64,000 nt of DNA from Amoebidium appalachense. Lineage: Eukaryota > Protista > Ichthyosporea. The notes under the pieces were generated by a model. That model worked only from the letters and a program-made list of their open reading frames with translations. It did not search any database and was not told where the DNA came from. Where the stretch lies: positions 8,188,818-8,252,817 of the forward strand of contig CAVNZM010000008.1 in the NCBI GenBank assembly GCA_963693365.1, read 5' to 3'. Below are positions 1 through 21,927 of the stretch, piece by piece (the stretch's first letter is position 1; each line of letters begins with the position of its first letter). The position numbers and the translations under genes were made by a program.

Positions 1-332
1 CCCCCCCCCCTTTCGCCTCTGGGCTCTACGCTTCCATTTCCATGTGTACACGAGTTGTCTTGCTCTCGATCGAAGGGTTATGCTCTGCCTTATAGTCTAT
101 GTGGTTAAGGGGAGAGTCGTGAAAGTGTAGGGGGTTGGCGGTGGCGGTGGTGGTGGGTGGGGAAGGAAGGGGGAGGGGGAGGGGGAGGGAAGGGCCGGGG
201 GGGGGGGGGGGGGGGGGGGGGGGAGGACGGGAATGGTCCCTTGATATCGCCATTACTGAACCTGTTATGTGTATGTACCCCACACTTTGAACCTGCCCCC
301 CAACACTTCCAAGCACAGACACACACTATCAA

Positions 333-366
<34 letters not shown>

Positions 367-461
367 CCGTTCACATGCACCCTTCACATACCCCCCCCCC
401 CCCCCCCCCCCCTCCCCCCTCCTTCCAACCCCCCCCCCCCCCACACACGCACACACACACA

Positions 462-514
<53 letters not shown>

Positions 515-569
515 ATGCACCTAAGTACCATCCCACCAACTTACCCATCACCTTTTACATCCCATACAG

Positions 570-9012
<8,443 letters not shown>

Positions 9013-9022
<10 letters not shown>

Positions 9023-9195
9023 GTACTTTGCTGCGTGCAAGAGGTACTTTGCTGTGTAAAAGGTATTTGGCTGTGTGCAACAGGTACTTTCTCATGCAAG
9101 GAGTACTTTGCTGTGTGCAATAGGTACTTTCTCATGCAGGCGGTACTTATGTTCATGCAATTAATATATACTCGTTGGTATGCAATAGGTACTTT
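9013..9195 (+). repeat. Tandem repeat of about 20 bp (TGCAATAGGTACTTTGCTGTG-like) starting at the NOL6 stop codon and running into the 3'UTR
   Basis: The AGGTACTTT core recurs about 8 times; the first unit includes the TAG stop. Confidence 0.75.
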
Positions 9196-9815
9196 TGGAT
9201 ACGTAAGGTGCACTTTTCATGTGCAAACTATTTGGGTGTGTGCAGAGGTATGAGCCACTCTCGTATGCTAGTTGTCTGGTTTCTTTTTTTGCCCATTAAA
9301 TGCATGCAAATCGTGCTCGTGTGTTGTATTAATAGTGACCTGTCCCCCACATGTGTGCACTATTAATACAACACTGAAAACACGTCGCTATTAGTGAGGT
9401 CATTGGCTGAATGTCATAGGCAATGCATTAGTCAAAAATTTATCGTTTGCACGCAAGGCTGTCTTGTTATGTGCTATTGAATATGTTGCTTTCAATTTGT
9501 TGGCAGCATGGGATACGTACTTTCAATGCATGCAACACTGGTTTATTCAAAGTTTTTAGATTTTTAACAAGTGGTCTAGAATGTATTATACTCGCTGTAT
9601 GTGAGGAGCTATAGATTGTGGTGTGTACGAAATACCAGGCCAGGTCTTAGTGGTATGACTTGTGTGTGCAATTAAATTAATTCACGGTTGATATTTGCCA
9701 ATGTACATTGGCCTCAGGTTTTGGTCGTCGTTGCCATGTGCATGCTGTAAGCTTTTCAAACACCCCACTTCTTCTTCTCCTTGTTTTTTTCTTTTTTGTT
9801 TTTTGTTTTTTGGGT

Positions 9816-9854
<39 letters not shown>

Positions 9855-10706
9855 ATAGGTTTGAGATTCATGGCAGTCAATATGGCGGAGTGATTATAGG
9901 CTCTGTTTTGACATTGTGAAACGGTGTGATGACTCTGTATGGTAAAGATCCATTATGATGAAATGCAGACAGTAAAACATCATCCCCATAGCTGGTCTTG
10001 GGGCTACTGGCAAGTGTCTGTGCATGTGCCAGTGCATGAAGTACATGTGTGCGTGCATGCACGTGTGCGTGTGCGTGTGTCCTGTGTGTGTGCGTGTTTG
10101 TGTTTGTGTTTGTGTCAGTGCGTGTACGCATGTGCAAGCACATGTTTGTGTGTGGGTGTCGGTGCATGTGCGTGTGCGTGCTGCGGGGTTGCACACGTGC
10201 GTGTCCGTCGCGGCGTGTACGTGCGTGTATGTGTGTGTGTGGGCGCGCGCGCAAGCTTGTGGGCGACGAAATGTTTGTATGGAATCCGGTATGGATGTGT
10301 GCGTCCTTGTGACTGTGGGCAGGCATGCATATGCTTGAGCACACTTGTTCAGAGTTGGTTGGGTGACGGGTGGATAATGTTGCCGATAGGTGGTGGTTAT
10401 GGGGGGAGATGAGCAGCAAGATGTGGACGTGTGTGTGTGTGTGTATGTGTGTGTGTGTGTGTGTCTGTGAGAACATGTACCCGTGTGCTTGCGTGCATCA
10501 TATGTGCGTGCGTTTGCGCACGTCTGTACGGTAGTGGTTGTGGATTTAGTGGTGGGGTGATGTTTTTTTCTTTGTTGTTGTTGTTGTATGTTGTGTCTTT
10601 TTGTCTGTCACAGTCTTGTTGTTGTGGTTGGTGGTGGTGGTGGTGGTGGTGGTGGTGTGTGTGTGTGTGTGTGTGTGTGTGCACGTGTGTGTACGTGTGT
10701 GTGTGT

Positions 10707-10758
<52 letters not shown>

Positions 10759-10927
10759 AAGGAGGCATGATTTTATGCAAATAATTCATGCTGGCCAATC
10801 AAACTATCGATCGATTTGTGCTGTAAGGGGATTTTACCGTGTAGTTTGTGTGCTTCTAAATGAAAAACCTGAAGGTGGGGGACCATTTTTTTGCTTTCAG
10901 GCTGATATATCATCCGGATGTAAGTAT

Positions 10928-11846
10928 GGGGTTTACGCTGTTTACTCAAGGCAAAGTTAGACCAGTCTCAGGTATCGGGGGTTTTTGCTCGGAATATCCC
11001 CTCAGCGGTATATCAGGATGACGTACATAGATGTCGGGTGATGATTATATATCAGGGTTTACTTTCTCTTCGAGGCACCATAAAGACTAGCTAAGAAAAA
11101 TCAATTAGTTGGGTCCCCCGCCCGTTTATTTTTTTTTTTTTTTTTTTTTTTTTTTCCGGGCTCCCCTGGGACACTCGGTATCAGCTGGTTGTGTGTGTGT
11201 GTGTGTGTGCGTGTGTGCGTGTGTGTGCGTGCGCTAGAATTTTGTAATGATGTGTTTCTCAAGCCAATCACAATAAACAGGTCATAGTTACGCGTGTTAA
11301 AATAAAGTCAAGGATGTTGTAATTTTCAGGTAGGCTATCTTTCTGGGTGTCTGTTGTGAATATGTCGTGTGTGTGTTGCGGTATTATGTGGTCTATCAAA
11401 CTACATTTGGTGATACATGACCGTTTAAACTGGTGTGTGTGTGTGTTGTTTGGGCATGCAAACGATGCCACCTTATACTTATTAGATCTCCACTGTATAG
11501 CACGTGTACAGTAAAAGAGTGGTATGTGATCAATAATACCATCAGCTCGAGAAAGACCAATTTTACAGGAAGGTAATATGTATATAAGTGTTACACATTT
11601 GCGAGTGCCATATTTGGCAATATGGTTAAGGCGGTCATTATATATAAAACGAGACATAAGGCTTAGTTTTCCAAGGTGTATGCTTTCATCGGGTCTAGTG
11701 TCGATGGTATTTTTTCCCATTTGTTATGTTGCGTAATTATTTTGTGAATATGTACACATGTCTAATAAGTAAGTGGCAGTCCAAAGTCACACGCCCACTT
11801 TTGCGGGGTTTATTTGTATTTGTGCCCGGGGAAGAAGGAGAGAGAG
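10928..11846 (-). mobile_element. Non-LTR retrotransposon family A, 5'-truncated copy A1 (more diverged)
   Basis: Homologous to A2-A5. Encodes ...AIQWRSNKYKVASFACPNNTHTHQFKRSC...NYNILDFIL. Candidate TSD AGTAT (10923-10927 / 11847-11851). Confidence 0.85.
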
Positions 11847-12763
11847 AGTATGTGGGTGTGGCGTGTCTTTTATCGGTGGCCGATATGTGCTCGTGTGTCC
11901 GTGAGTGTGTATGTGTGTGAGTGCGAGTGAGTGAGTGAGTGTCTATTTGGGTTGGATGAATACACCAGCCAGCCAGCCCCTTTCCGAAGACGATTTGCCC
12001 CCCCCCCCCCCTCTCCCAGAAGGGTTCGTTAGTAATATTAATCACTGCATGGTAACACCATTGACAAGTTTAATTTATATTAGTGTTCATATTGTTTGCA
12101 GTAAGAGATATGCCACTTTTTTGTTTGCACACTGCACACTACAGTGCTTGCAACGTCTTTCTGTACCAATCGGTGCAAGGCAGGTCTACGGGATGCGATT
12201 GGCTGGCGGTTTGACTCTAAAAGTCAATTTTGAGCGAAGCAAACAATTCCTATATAGATTTTCCATTAAACTGGCCAATCATATGATTGCAAAACCTGAT
12301 TGGTGCAGAAAGATGGACCAAGCACTGTAGACACGTCTTGTTTTCTCACGCACACATGGCGCCTGCTGATTCAGCCCAGACTCCAGTTCCAAAACGTCTA
12401 TAATGCTACGTTCACGGTATGTATACAACATATCAATATCACCGCATGTACTACACGGACAAACTTTCTACAACAGTGATATACAGGGACTGCACCTCGA
12501 CCTTACAAACTGAATGTCGACATCATGCCAACATTGTATTCTTTAGCACAACATTACATTGTATGATTTAAGTGACGTTTATACACCATTTTTTCAAAGG
12601 CCACTTTACCTTTACAGCCCAAGTACCCATCCTCTCCCGCCCCGGGAGCCCTCCCCAATCCGTACACAACATATTCCCCCCCCCCCCCCCTCAAACCACA
12701 ACCACAACCACCACCACCACCACCAACCCTCCCCCCCAGCCACTCCACCTCCTCAACCCACAC

Positions 12764-14541
12764 TCACATACCCAGGGGGAACACGGTGAACTTGAGCGTC
12801 CCTCTCTCCTTCACCACACCCTTCTTCTCATTCTTCAGCGTGATCGTGTGCGTAATCGGTTTCTCCGTCGGCACCGACACCTCGATTTCGGCCTCCCCAA
12901 TCTTCTCATCGCTCCCAAGCGAATCCTCATCATAACACACGAACCTCATTTTGATTGGCACACACACCTCCTCCGCCGACAGGGGGACCATGAAATTCTC
13001 GTCCCAGCGGGGGTTCAAGTTGTTCTCAATAATCTCCGACTGTCTCACGTGCGTGTCGTTGACCCAAATCGTCACGAACGGGTCGGCCTTCCCTCCCATC
13101 CCCAGGGCGCCAAAGTCCATTTTAGGCAATCCGTCCCCCGAGACCAACTGCAAGTGAAGCATCTTCGGCCCCAAATAGTCCCACGGCTCGGGAGGGGGGG
13201 CGGCGAAATTCATAGGCTCGTAGGGGGGAGGGGGTCCGACGGGCCCTGCGACGTCGTCCTTTTCGACGGCCAGGGGGGGTCCGGCGACCGGCGCGAGGGG
13301 GGGCTGCGACAGGTAGCTGGGCTCTAGGGGGAGGGGGGGCTGTATGCGTAGCGGGCGGGGTTCGGGGCGATTTTCACCGGGGCCCTCACCTTGCAGTCCT
13401 TTGTGAGCATACCCTTGGCCTCAAACTTGATTTTCGCGTTGTGGGCAATTTTCGTCCGGCCCATGTGGCTGTCAAACTCGCAGGTGGTTGGGTTCATGGT
13501 GTCGGGCAGCTTGATTGCGAATTTTAGGACATACTTTTTCCCGGGCTGAAGCTCGAGGGTACGGTAGGTCTTTTCAACCACTGCGTCGGACGAGTTCCAT
13601 ATGGTCACCTGGTTGAAGGCACCGCGGTTGACATAGGGGTAGTTGCATACCTCGTTGAGGGACACGGTTGCCACCTGAAAAAAATAGGGTGGGGAGGGAG
13701 AGGGAAAGGGTGGGGGGGAAGGGATGGGGAAGGGAGGGGGTGGGGGTGGGGGTGGGCCAGCGGGGGGGGGGAGGGGGGGGGGGGGAGGGGGGAGGGGGGG
13801 GGGGGGGGGAGGGGGGGAAAGGGGGGTAGGTTGTTAGAATGTAGAACTCGGTACAAAGGTACAGCCACTGGACGAGAAACACGATCGATGCAGGAGCACA
13901 TGTGAAAGAAAAGGTGTGAGCATACAGCAATATCAGCCTTGCACGCAGTAAACAACACGAACAGAACCCATCCTCCGAAGGAGGGGGGGGAAGGGAGTGG
14001 GAAGGAGAGAGAGAGAGAGAAATCTGGAAGGTGTGGCTGCAAGGAGTCACAGAGCACGAAGTACACAAATCACAATATGCAGAGCTTAAAACAAGGGGTG
14101 CATCGAATGAGTATACATCCTAGATAAGAGCTCCCTTCGTTAGGGAACCCCAATCCACCTGGGAAGAGGGAGATGGGGGGGGGGGGGGGGGTGGGTTGGG
14201 GGAGGGGGGGGGGAAGAGAAGGGAGTAGAGGTGTGTGTGTGTGGGGGGGGGGGGGGGGGGCTCGGAGGGGTGGAGGCCAGGGGGCAGTGGAAAGGGGAGG
14301 GGAAGGCAGAGAGAGAGAGAGGGAGAGAGAGAAAAAGAGAAAGTGTGTGTGTATGTGTGGGGAGGCGAGCGCCGGGGGGGGGGGGGGGGGGCAGTAGAGG
14401 GCATGGGGGGGGGGGGGGGGGGGGAGAGGGGGAGGGGGGAGGCCAGGGGAGAGTGGAAAGGGGAGAGGATAGAGGAGGGAGGGAGGGAGGGAGGGAGAGA
14501 GGGACAAAGGGGGGGAGGGGGGAGGGGATGAGGGATGGACT

Positions 14542-14573
<32 letters not shown>

Positions 14574-14694
14574 AGGGGCATGGCGAAGGGAGAGTTCGGA
14601 GAGAGGAGACTCAAGACTATGAAAAAAAAAACTACTTGCCAAGCCGGACAAGGACTGAACCCGATGAAGATCCCCCCTTCTCCCCCCACCCCCG

Positions 14695-14739
<45 letters not shown>

Positions 14740-15698
14740 AAGAAAAATACGAACAAGATAACAGGCACACATGCACAACAAGCCCAAATCCATCTTTCGT
14801 ACTCGGCTCTTTCTCTCCCTCTCTCCCTGTGGGTGTATCTCTTTCGCCCAGCCCTCCCGTTCCCGTCCAGCCCTCGGCTCTCTCTTTGAACCACGCTTGC
14901 TCGGCCGCCCCCCCCCCCCCCCCCCCAACACACACACCCTTTTTTTTTCTTCCCTACATCCTAAACACCCACCTGAAGGACCTTTGACGACTTGTTGTGG
15001 ACATTTGCCGTCACAAACACCCTCTGGCCCTCCATGTAGCAGTACGCATCACACCTCACATCAGCCTCAATCTCGTTGAAAAACACCTTGCTCTTCTCAT
15101 CATACCCGACGGGGGGAGGCATGTTTAGCTCCGTGTAAAGGGGACGAGGCCCGTTCAGGTAGATCTCACGTTTCGTCGACTCCAGCTTGAGGTCGCTGTT
15201 CACATACGACACATGGAGCTTGAGTGTGTAATAGACATACTGCTTGGAGTGCAGTTTCGTCTTGAACGAGGGGGGCAAACCATCCCTGATTCTGTAGGTG
15301 AAAGGATACCTCAGCACCTTCTTCCCATCGACGCCCTGTGTGCAAGGAACAGAAGGCGTAGGGTCGAGGGGACGCACAACCGAGCGCTGCTTCTCCTTGT
15401 ACCAAGTAACCTCCCAGTTCTCCTCCTGTGTGCGAGAGCTCCCGTTTTCATGCACCTGGCGAAATCCATGTTCGTAGTACTTCCCCTTGAACTCAAACTC
15501 CATGAGAGCGGTGGCGTCGACGGGGATATCTGCGGCCGTCACGTCGATGAACCCATTGAGGAATGTGCCAGGCTCCAGATTTTGCAGTGTGCTGATTGTG
15601 CCGAAACTCAGATCGTCGACTCCGTTTACGAGGATGGAAACCTTTCCCTTTGGTTCCGAGAGGCCGACTTTCTCCTTGAAGGAAGAGAGAAGACCCAT
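12764..15698 (-). CDS. Alpha-arrestin-like protein (arrestin N and C domains, PPxY linker) with a C-terminal C2 domain
   Basis: Exon 1 15698-14973 (MGLLSSFKEK...LRYPFTYRIRDGLPPSF...VYYTLKLHV...VTANVHNKSSKVLQ); GT-AG intron; exon 2 13674-12764. One base appears missing in the G7 run at 13333-13339. Restoring it joins ...GPPPPYEP to a C2 domain (LPKMD...GKADPFV...ENNLNPRWDENF...CYDEDSLGSDEKIGEAEI). Confidence 0.8.
13828..14155 (-). mobile_element. Two diverged family C copies in the arrestin intron, sense to the minus-strand gene
   Basis: Reverse complement of about 13828-13985 reads GGAGGATGGGTTCTG...TGCATCG..TCGTGTTT...ACATTCTAAC then C-rich sequence. Reverse complement of about 14040-14155 reads GGGGTTCCCTAACGAAGGGAGCTC...ATGTATACTC...TGTGTACTTCGTG. 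Confidence 0.6.
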
Positions 15699-15850
15699 TT
15701 TGAAAGGTGAACAATTGATGAAGAATGGAGGAAAGCAAAGGAAGTTGGGGGGCCTGGGGGAGACTACAGGGAATAGGGGACGGTGTGGTTGAACAAGTTG
15801 TAAGCTCGCAGTTTGAAAACGGACCCCTTTTTGCTTGAGGTGGACGTCAG

Positions 15851-16401
15851 ACACATATACTACCCCCGGATTTTAACGTTTTTTTGTAGCTCCGGAATAA
15901 ATTGTCCGGCTGTATCTAACCCTGGTGAGATATTCCGATTTCGGCCGGAGTCGGGCTAGATATGGCTGGCGGCCCGAGGGCTTTTCGGGGCTAGGGTAGC
16001 CACCGTGTTCCGGGGTACGGCCCAACCTTGCGTTTGTTTGCTACCTAAACGCTTTATGCCTACTAAGTGCGCTTAATGCAAACCATATGCACGCTGTATG
16101 CATACTGAACCTATCTTAGCTAAACCCACAGCTCCATAGAAAGTTTCTTCTGTGTCTTGTGCCATTAATATTGTGTACCTCATGCATGCATGCTAGTGCT
16201 GCGAGCGGGTGCCAGCTAACTTACATGCACACAAGTTGCTTCCGTGACTCCGGCTGCAGCTGGCCACGCGCATTGATTCTCTCTCTCTCTCTCTCTCCGA
16301 TCTCTCTCTCTCTCTCTGTCTGTCTCTCTCCCTCAGGCTCCTCAGGCCTAGCTGCTCTCTCCCTCTCCCTCCGGATCCCTCTCTCTCAGTCAGGCTCTCT
16401 C

Positions 16402-16460
<59 letters not shown>

Positions 16461-16478
16461 CGAGGCCCTCTCTCTCTC

Positions 16479-16514
<36 letters not shown>

Positions 16515-16520
16515 ATCGCG

Positions 16521-16562
<42 letters not shown>

Positions 16563-16683
16563 TCTCTCTCGCTCTCTCTCTCTCTCTCGCTCTCTCTGTC
16601 TCTCTCTATCTCTCTGTCTCTCTCTCTCTCTCTCAGGCTCTCTCTCTAGATCTCCGAGGCTCTCTCTCTCTCTCTCTCTCTCT

Positions 16684-16726
<43 letters not shown>

Positions 16727-16744
16727 CGAAGCTCTCTCTCTGTG

Positions 16745-16779
<35 letters not shown>

Positions 16780-17240
16780 TTCTCCCAGCCTCACACACAC
16801 TCACTCACAGACCACATACAGAGTGTGTCACACTCAGGCTCTCTCCCTCGAGTCTCTTTCTCTCCTCTCTCTAGGCTATCGAGCCCTCAGATCCCCCCAA
16901 GATCTTTCCAAAGATCCTGATCAGCTTCCAGAGTCTTTCTCAGTGGCTCTCGACCCTCTCTCTCATGATCAGTCTTTCTCAGAGCTTCCCCCCTCTCTTC
17001 TCTCACGCATAGTATGGCCGAATTTCTGCTAAGCATCAGTTTTCGGGTAGCAAACAAACGCAAGGTTGGGCCGTACCCCGGAACACGGTGGCTACCCTAG
17101 CCCCGAAAAGCCCTCGGGCCGCCAGCCATATCTAGCCCGACTCCGGCCGAAATCGGAATATCTCACCAGGGTTAGATACAGCCGGACAATTTATTCCGGA
17201 GCTACAAAAAAACGCTAAAATCCGGGGGTAGTATATGTGT
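15851..17240. mobile_element. Non-autonomous DNA transposon (about 1.39 kb) with 195-bp TIRs and a (CT)n-rich interior
   Basis: 15851-16045 is the reverse complement of 17046-17240 with one visible mismatch. TCAG flanks both ends (15847-15850 / 17241-17244). Alternative reading: 15860-17231 with a TA TSD. Confidence 0.9.
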
Positions 17241-17929
17241 TCAGCTTACTTCTTGTCTTATCAGGCAAGATCTACAAATTTCATAAATTCGAGATAATGA
17301 TCATAAATGTAAGTTGGTAACATTTGGTATTTCAAAACATTTAAATTGCAAGTGTAGCAGCAATTTACTGATACTATTACTATTATACTATATGTCTCGT
17401 TTTTCAGATATACCGTTGGTCTGGCTTTTAGTCGTACTGATCATATAAGGAGTTTAGTAAGGAAAGAGAATGAAATTTCAGTACATAATTGTAACCCCTG
17501 GGCACAAAAATTTATGCACTCAGGCTGATGATGGCACAGATAAGGGCGGATGAATACGGTGCTGTCTATTGGAATGATTCTTTTTAGCTTAAAGTCTCAA
17601 AAAGTGCGCTTTTAAGATTTCTTTGTTTCTAACTCACTATGTATTGTCCTTGGGGTATTCTGTATATTTTTTTTCGTTTGTACGCCCACATTGCCCAAGC
17701 TACATGATCACTGATCACGAACCAAGTTAAAAAAATATCATGCTCCTCTAGCCAATCAAAACGTGCCACACATACGGCACGTGCGCAGCCTGCATTGCTG
17801 AGTGCGGTACATATATATAACTGCAGATTTGCGGCGCCAGTCTATTTCCAGTATAGAGATATATTGCTTATATCATGAAAAAGTGATGGAAAATGTTCTA
17901 AACTTGACAAGAGCGACGACTCACCGCCC

Positions 17930-18426
17930 ATTTTGAAAGTGCACACGTGCGGAATTTGGCGTTATATATATCCGGATAATCCGATAAAAAGGATTGTTAT
18001 CTTACGCATTTGCGATTGGTTTATGTTCATTTATTTACTTTGCCGCTTTCAAACTTCATCGCTGTGTAGACCGGCAACACAGAGCATTTGCCCACCGGAG
18101 CTGCTTATTGGCCGTTGCCACATTGCCGCGGGCGCTCGGTGGAGCTCGTGACTATCCTAGATCACCTTATTACTAAATGATTGAATGCTTCACAGTATGA
18201 TATTGTGATCCGGTGCCTTAACTTTCTTTCGGAGCTACCGATGCTAGCCTCTGCTTACCCATAATATGTAATAGGGGTGTCATACACTACGATGGCGCTC
18301 ATTGTTGCCTAGCATGTACATATGTCACTGGCTGCATTTGATTGGCTGCGCTGGAAAACGCAGTAGGCCCGTCGAATGTGGCTGGGCCTCCGGCAGTGTT
18401 AACGCAATAAAAAGTGTGTAAACCCC
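17930..18426 (+). mobile_element. Decayed non-LTR family D (related to A and B), ORF C-terminus plus 3'UTR
   Basis: Frameshifted peptides RYIYP, CVDRQHRAFAHRSCLL and VTILDHLITK* parallel family A KYILP, CPNNTHTHQFNRSCIA and NILDFILN. Ends AATAAAAAGTGTGTAAACCCC. The 3' part (about 250 bp) is repeated at 21677-21927. Confidence 0.6.
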
Positions 18427-18788
18427 TCGGGGCCACGTTTCCGCGTCCGACCCGTTTGGGGAACTTGTAGTTTTCCCATGGGCAAGTGTAGGTACAGTGC
18501 CTATGACGGCCTTTTAGGCTCCAACCGTCGGGTTTTACAAACTTTGGTGGGGTCAAAGTCAGTGCTGACTTTGTCTCGTCATTGTGACCAGTAAACGCGC
18601 CTGAATGGACTCAGTGGTCTGAGCCAGAACTCTTGCTATGCATGGACCTGGTGGGAAATTTGGTGATGTTTGAAGCACTGGTGTTCTTGTGAGCATACGC
18701 GTCGAATTCGTACGTTGTGTGATAATGGGATCATTGCTTTGGGATGGGCAACGCCGTGCGTGCAACCGACAGTGTGTGTGCGTGTACG

Positions 18789-18896
<108 letters not shown>

Positions 18897-20533
18897 CACG
18901 ATGCGTGTGCGTGCTCTCTCTTTGTGTGTGTGTCCAGCGTGTGTTTGTGCGTGTGTGTGCTTTGTGAGCGTGTACGTGTGCAGCATCACAGTGTACATAT
19001 GTCGGGCACTGCAGCTGCGTGCAACGATTTGCGTACAGTGTGCGACACTGCGCTGTGTCAACTTGTGGTGTGTGTGTGTGCGGTGTGTGTACACGTGCTG
19101 AGTGGCAGTGCATGACATAACAGCCATTTTACCGGGGTGTACTTATTCACCTACTCGGCATCCCATAGGTCCTGGGCCATAGGCATTTGCAGCACGCAAA
19201 TGTACACAATTAGTTCCGTAGACTACTGATGTTAGGTTGGAATCAGGACCTGTCAAAATATATTTCAAGTGACCTTCATATTTTCGTGCTCACACGTACT
19301 GACGGTGTGCACGCGCTGCGATGAACTTTACGTTCCGATTTTTCCTTACACTCTCGCGACAGACCGCGTGCATGCTTTCTGTCGCGGGGCCTCGACGGTT
19401 CGATAGAGTCCAGTGTTCGCTGAATGTGTAAGGAAAAATAAGGAGCCATCTCAGTAGGTGGCAGATTTTCGTGTGCCGAGCAAGAACTTGTCCCATTACA
19501 TAGCCAATATATACTGATTATCATGACCCCTCTCTGAGCAAAATATGCGCGCACATACCAGACCTGATCAGCTTCCCTCTTGTTCGACCCATTTCTGGCG
19601 CACGTGATGCCCGTACCGTGATGCAGGTGCCACAACATGTGCAATACACGGTGACACACGATACTGGGTTCGTGACCCAGAGTGACACACAACTCAAACA
19701 CGCACTGCCAGCCGTATTACAAAGGGATCACGGGTGATATACTAACCTCCCCCTCCCCCCCCCCCCCCCCCCTCCCCCCCCCCCCCCGGCCTCCCCCAAC
19801 TATCTTTCTCCCCGTTTAAACTCCCCTCAAGTTAAACTCCCCTAAATTCAAAGAAGCGTTCCAATCCCCAAAGAAGTTGGTGTCCAAAACGGAGACTTTG
19901 AGGCAGAAAACGTGCAATGCGGCAATGATAACGGTAACGGTAATAGCTATAGGGGTTGTCTGTGAAAGGGAGAGGACGAGAGAAAGAGGGATCACATGTA
20001 CATGGAGAAAGAGCTTGGAGCTCGAGGGGGGATCCGGAAAGCATTAAAGGGCAGATATGCATGTGGGATCCGTGAGAATGGCGCGATGAGTGGAACTTCA
20101 CACATGTAGACACACTAACCTCCCCCCCCCCCACCCCCCCTTCTAGACACTGGCTTCGCACTTGCGCACGCAGGCCCGCACAAGCACATTCTGAAGACGC
20201 CTGAAAACAACTTGTCAACACGTTGAAAAGACGTAGCAAAGCCTCTACTGTCAATTTGGATTTGAAACCTCGCGATCGTCGACGTGCCTCGTTTGAGTCA
20301 GTGCAGCTTCTCATCCGCTGTTATTGTAGCTTACAGCCTTGAAAAAAGTTTTTTTGCCCCGGCCCGAACAACCGGGACGCATGCCACATGTTGAAACGAC
20401 CCTGGAATATGAGCTCAATTAGTAGTCTGTAAGCCGTGACGTCATACAAAGCGTCATCAAGAAAGTAAAACATAGAGAAGAAATCAAAAACTCAGTATAC
20501 CAGTAAATCGAGAAAAATCTTTGGATATCATTT

Positions 20534-20727
20534 GGGGTTTACGCTGTTTACTCGAGGCAAAGAGAACCAGTCTCAGGTATGGGGGGGGGGGTTTGCTCGG
20601 AATATCCCCTCAGCGGTATATCATGATCACGTACATAGATGTCGGGTGGTGACTATATATCAGGGTTTACTTTCTCTACGAGACACCATAAAGACTACAA
20701 GGAGAAATCAATTAGTTGGGGTTCCCC

Positions 20728-20773
<46 letters not shown>

Positions 20774-20805
20774 GGGCTCCCCTCGGGACACTCGGTATCA
20801 GCTGG

Positions 20806-20880
<75 letters not shown>

Positions 20881-21577
20881 TGCGCTATAATTTTGTAGTG
20901 ATGTGTTTCTCAAGCCAATCAATACATCTAATAAACAGGTCGTAGTTACGCGTGTTTAGTATAAAATCAAGGATGTTGTAATTTACAGGTAGGCTATCTT
21001 TCTGGGTGTCTGTTGTGAATGTGACGTGTGTGTGTTGCGGTATTATGTGGTCTATCAAACTACATTTGGCGATACATGACCGGTTAAACTGGTGTGTGTG
21101 TGTGTTGTTTGGGCATGCAAATGATGCCACCTTATACTTATTAGATCTCCACTGTATAGCACGTGTACAGTAAAAGCGTGGTAATTGATCAATAATACCA
21201 TCAGCTAGAGAAAGACCAGTTCTACAGGAAGGTAATATGTATTTAGGTGTTATACACTTGCGAGTGCCATATTTGGCAATATGGTTGAGGCGGTCAGTAT
21301 ATATAAAACGAGACATAAGGCTTAGTTTTTCAAGGTGTATGCTTTCATCGGGTCTAGTGTCGTGTGGTATCTTTTTCCATTTGTTATATTGCGTGATTAT
21401 CTTGTGATTGTGTACATGTTTAACAAGTAAGTGGCAGTCCAAAGTCACACACACACTATTGCGGGGTTTATTTGTATTTGTGCCCAGGGGAGAAGGGGAG
21501 AGAGAGGGGAGGAAAGAGGGGAGAGGTGAGGAGGGGACAGGTCGGATAGAGAAGAGAGGGTCGGATAGAGAAGAGAG
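20534..21577 (-). mobile_element. Family A copy A2
   Basis: 11-bp TSD GGATATCATTT (20523-20533 / 21578-21588). Open C-terminal ORF ending WLEKHITTKL*. 19-bp tandem duplication at the 5' junction. Confidence 0.92.
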
Positions 21578-21676
21578 GGATATCATTTGAATATGATTAT
21601 GTGGTGCCGTAGCAGCCGCTGATTGGTTTATTTCTTGGCACGAACCATTCCCCTGCCACACAAGTCAACACGAAAC

Positions 21677-21927
21677 CACCTTATTAATGCTGCACAGTAT
21701 GATACTGTGATCCAGTGCCTTAACTTTCTTTCGGAGCTACCGATGCTAGCCTCTGCTTACCCATAATATGTAATAGGGGTGTCAAATACTACGATGGCGC
21801 TCATTGTTGCCTAGCATGTACATATGTCACTGGCTGCATTTGATTGGCTGTGCTGGAAAACGCAGTAGGTCGTCGAATGTGGCTGGGCCTCCGGCAGTGT
21901 CCACGCAATAAAAAGTGTGTAAACCCC
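21677..21927 (+). mobile_element. Family D 3' fragment (copy D2)
   Basis: Direct repeat of about 18163-18426 with the same GTGTGTAAACCCC end. Confidence 0.7.

Noticed and set aside
13324-13340. Programmed frameshift in the arrestin (and in the LPMO at 25858-25879)
   Set aside because: All shifts fall in G/C homopolymers and are fixed by adding single bases; long-read homopolymer error is the simpler explanation.
14123-14158. Possible extra arrestin exon after CCCAG
   Set aside because: It has an in-frame stop (VDWGSLTKGALI*); the sequence is a family C remnant, and exons 1 and 2 already join in phase 0.
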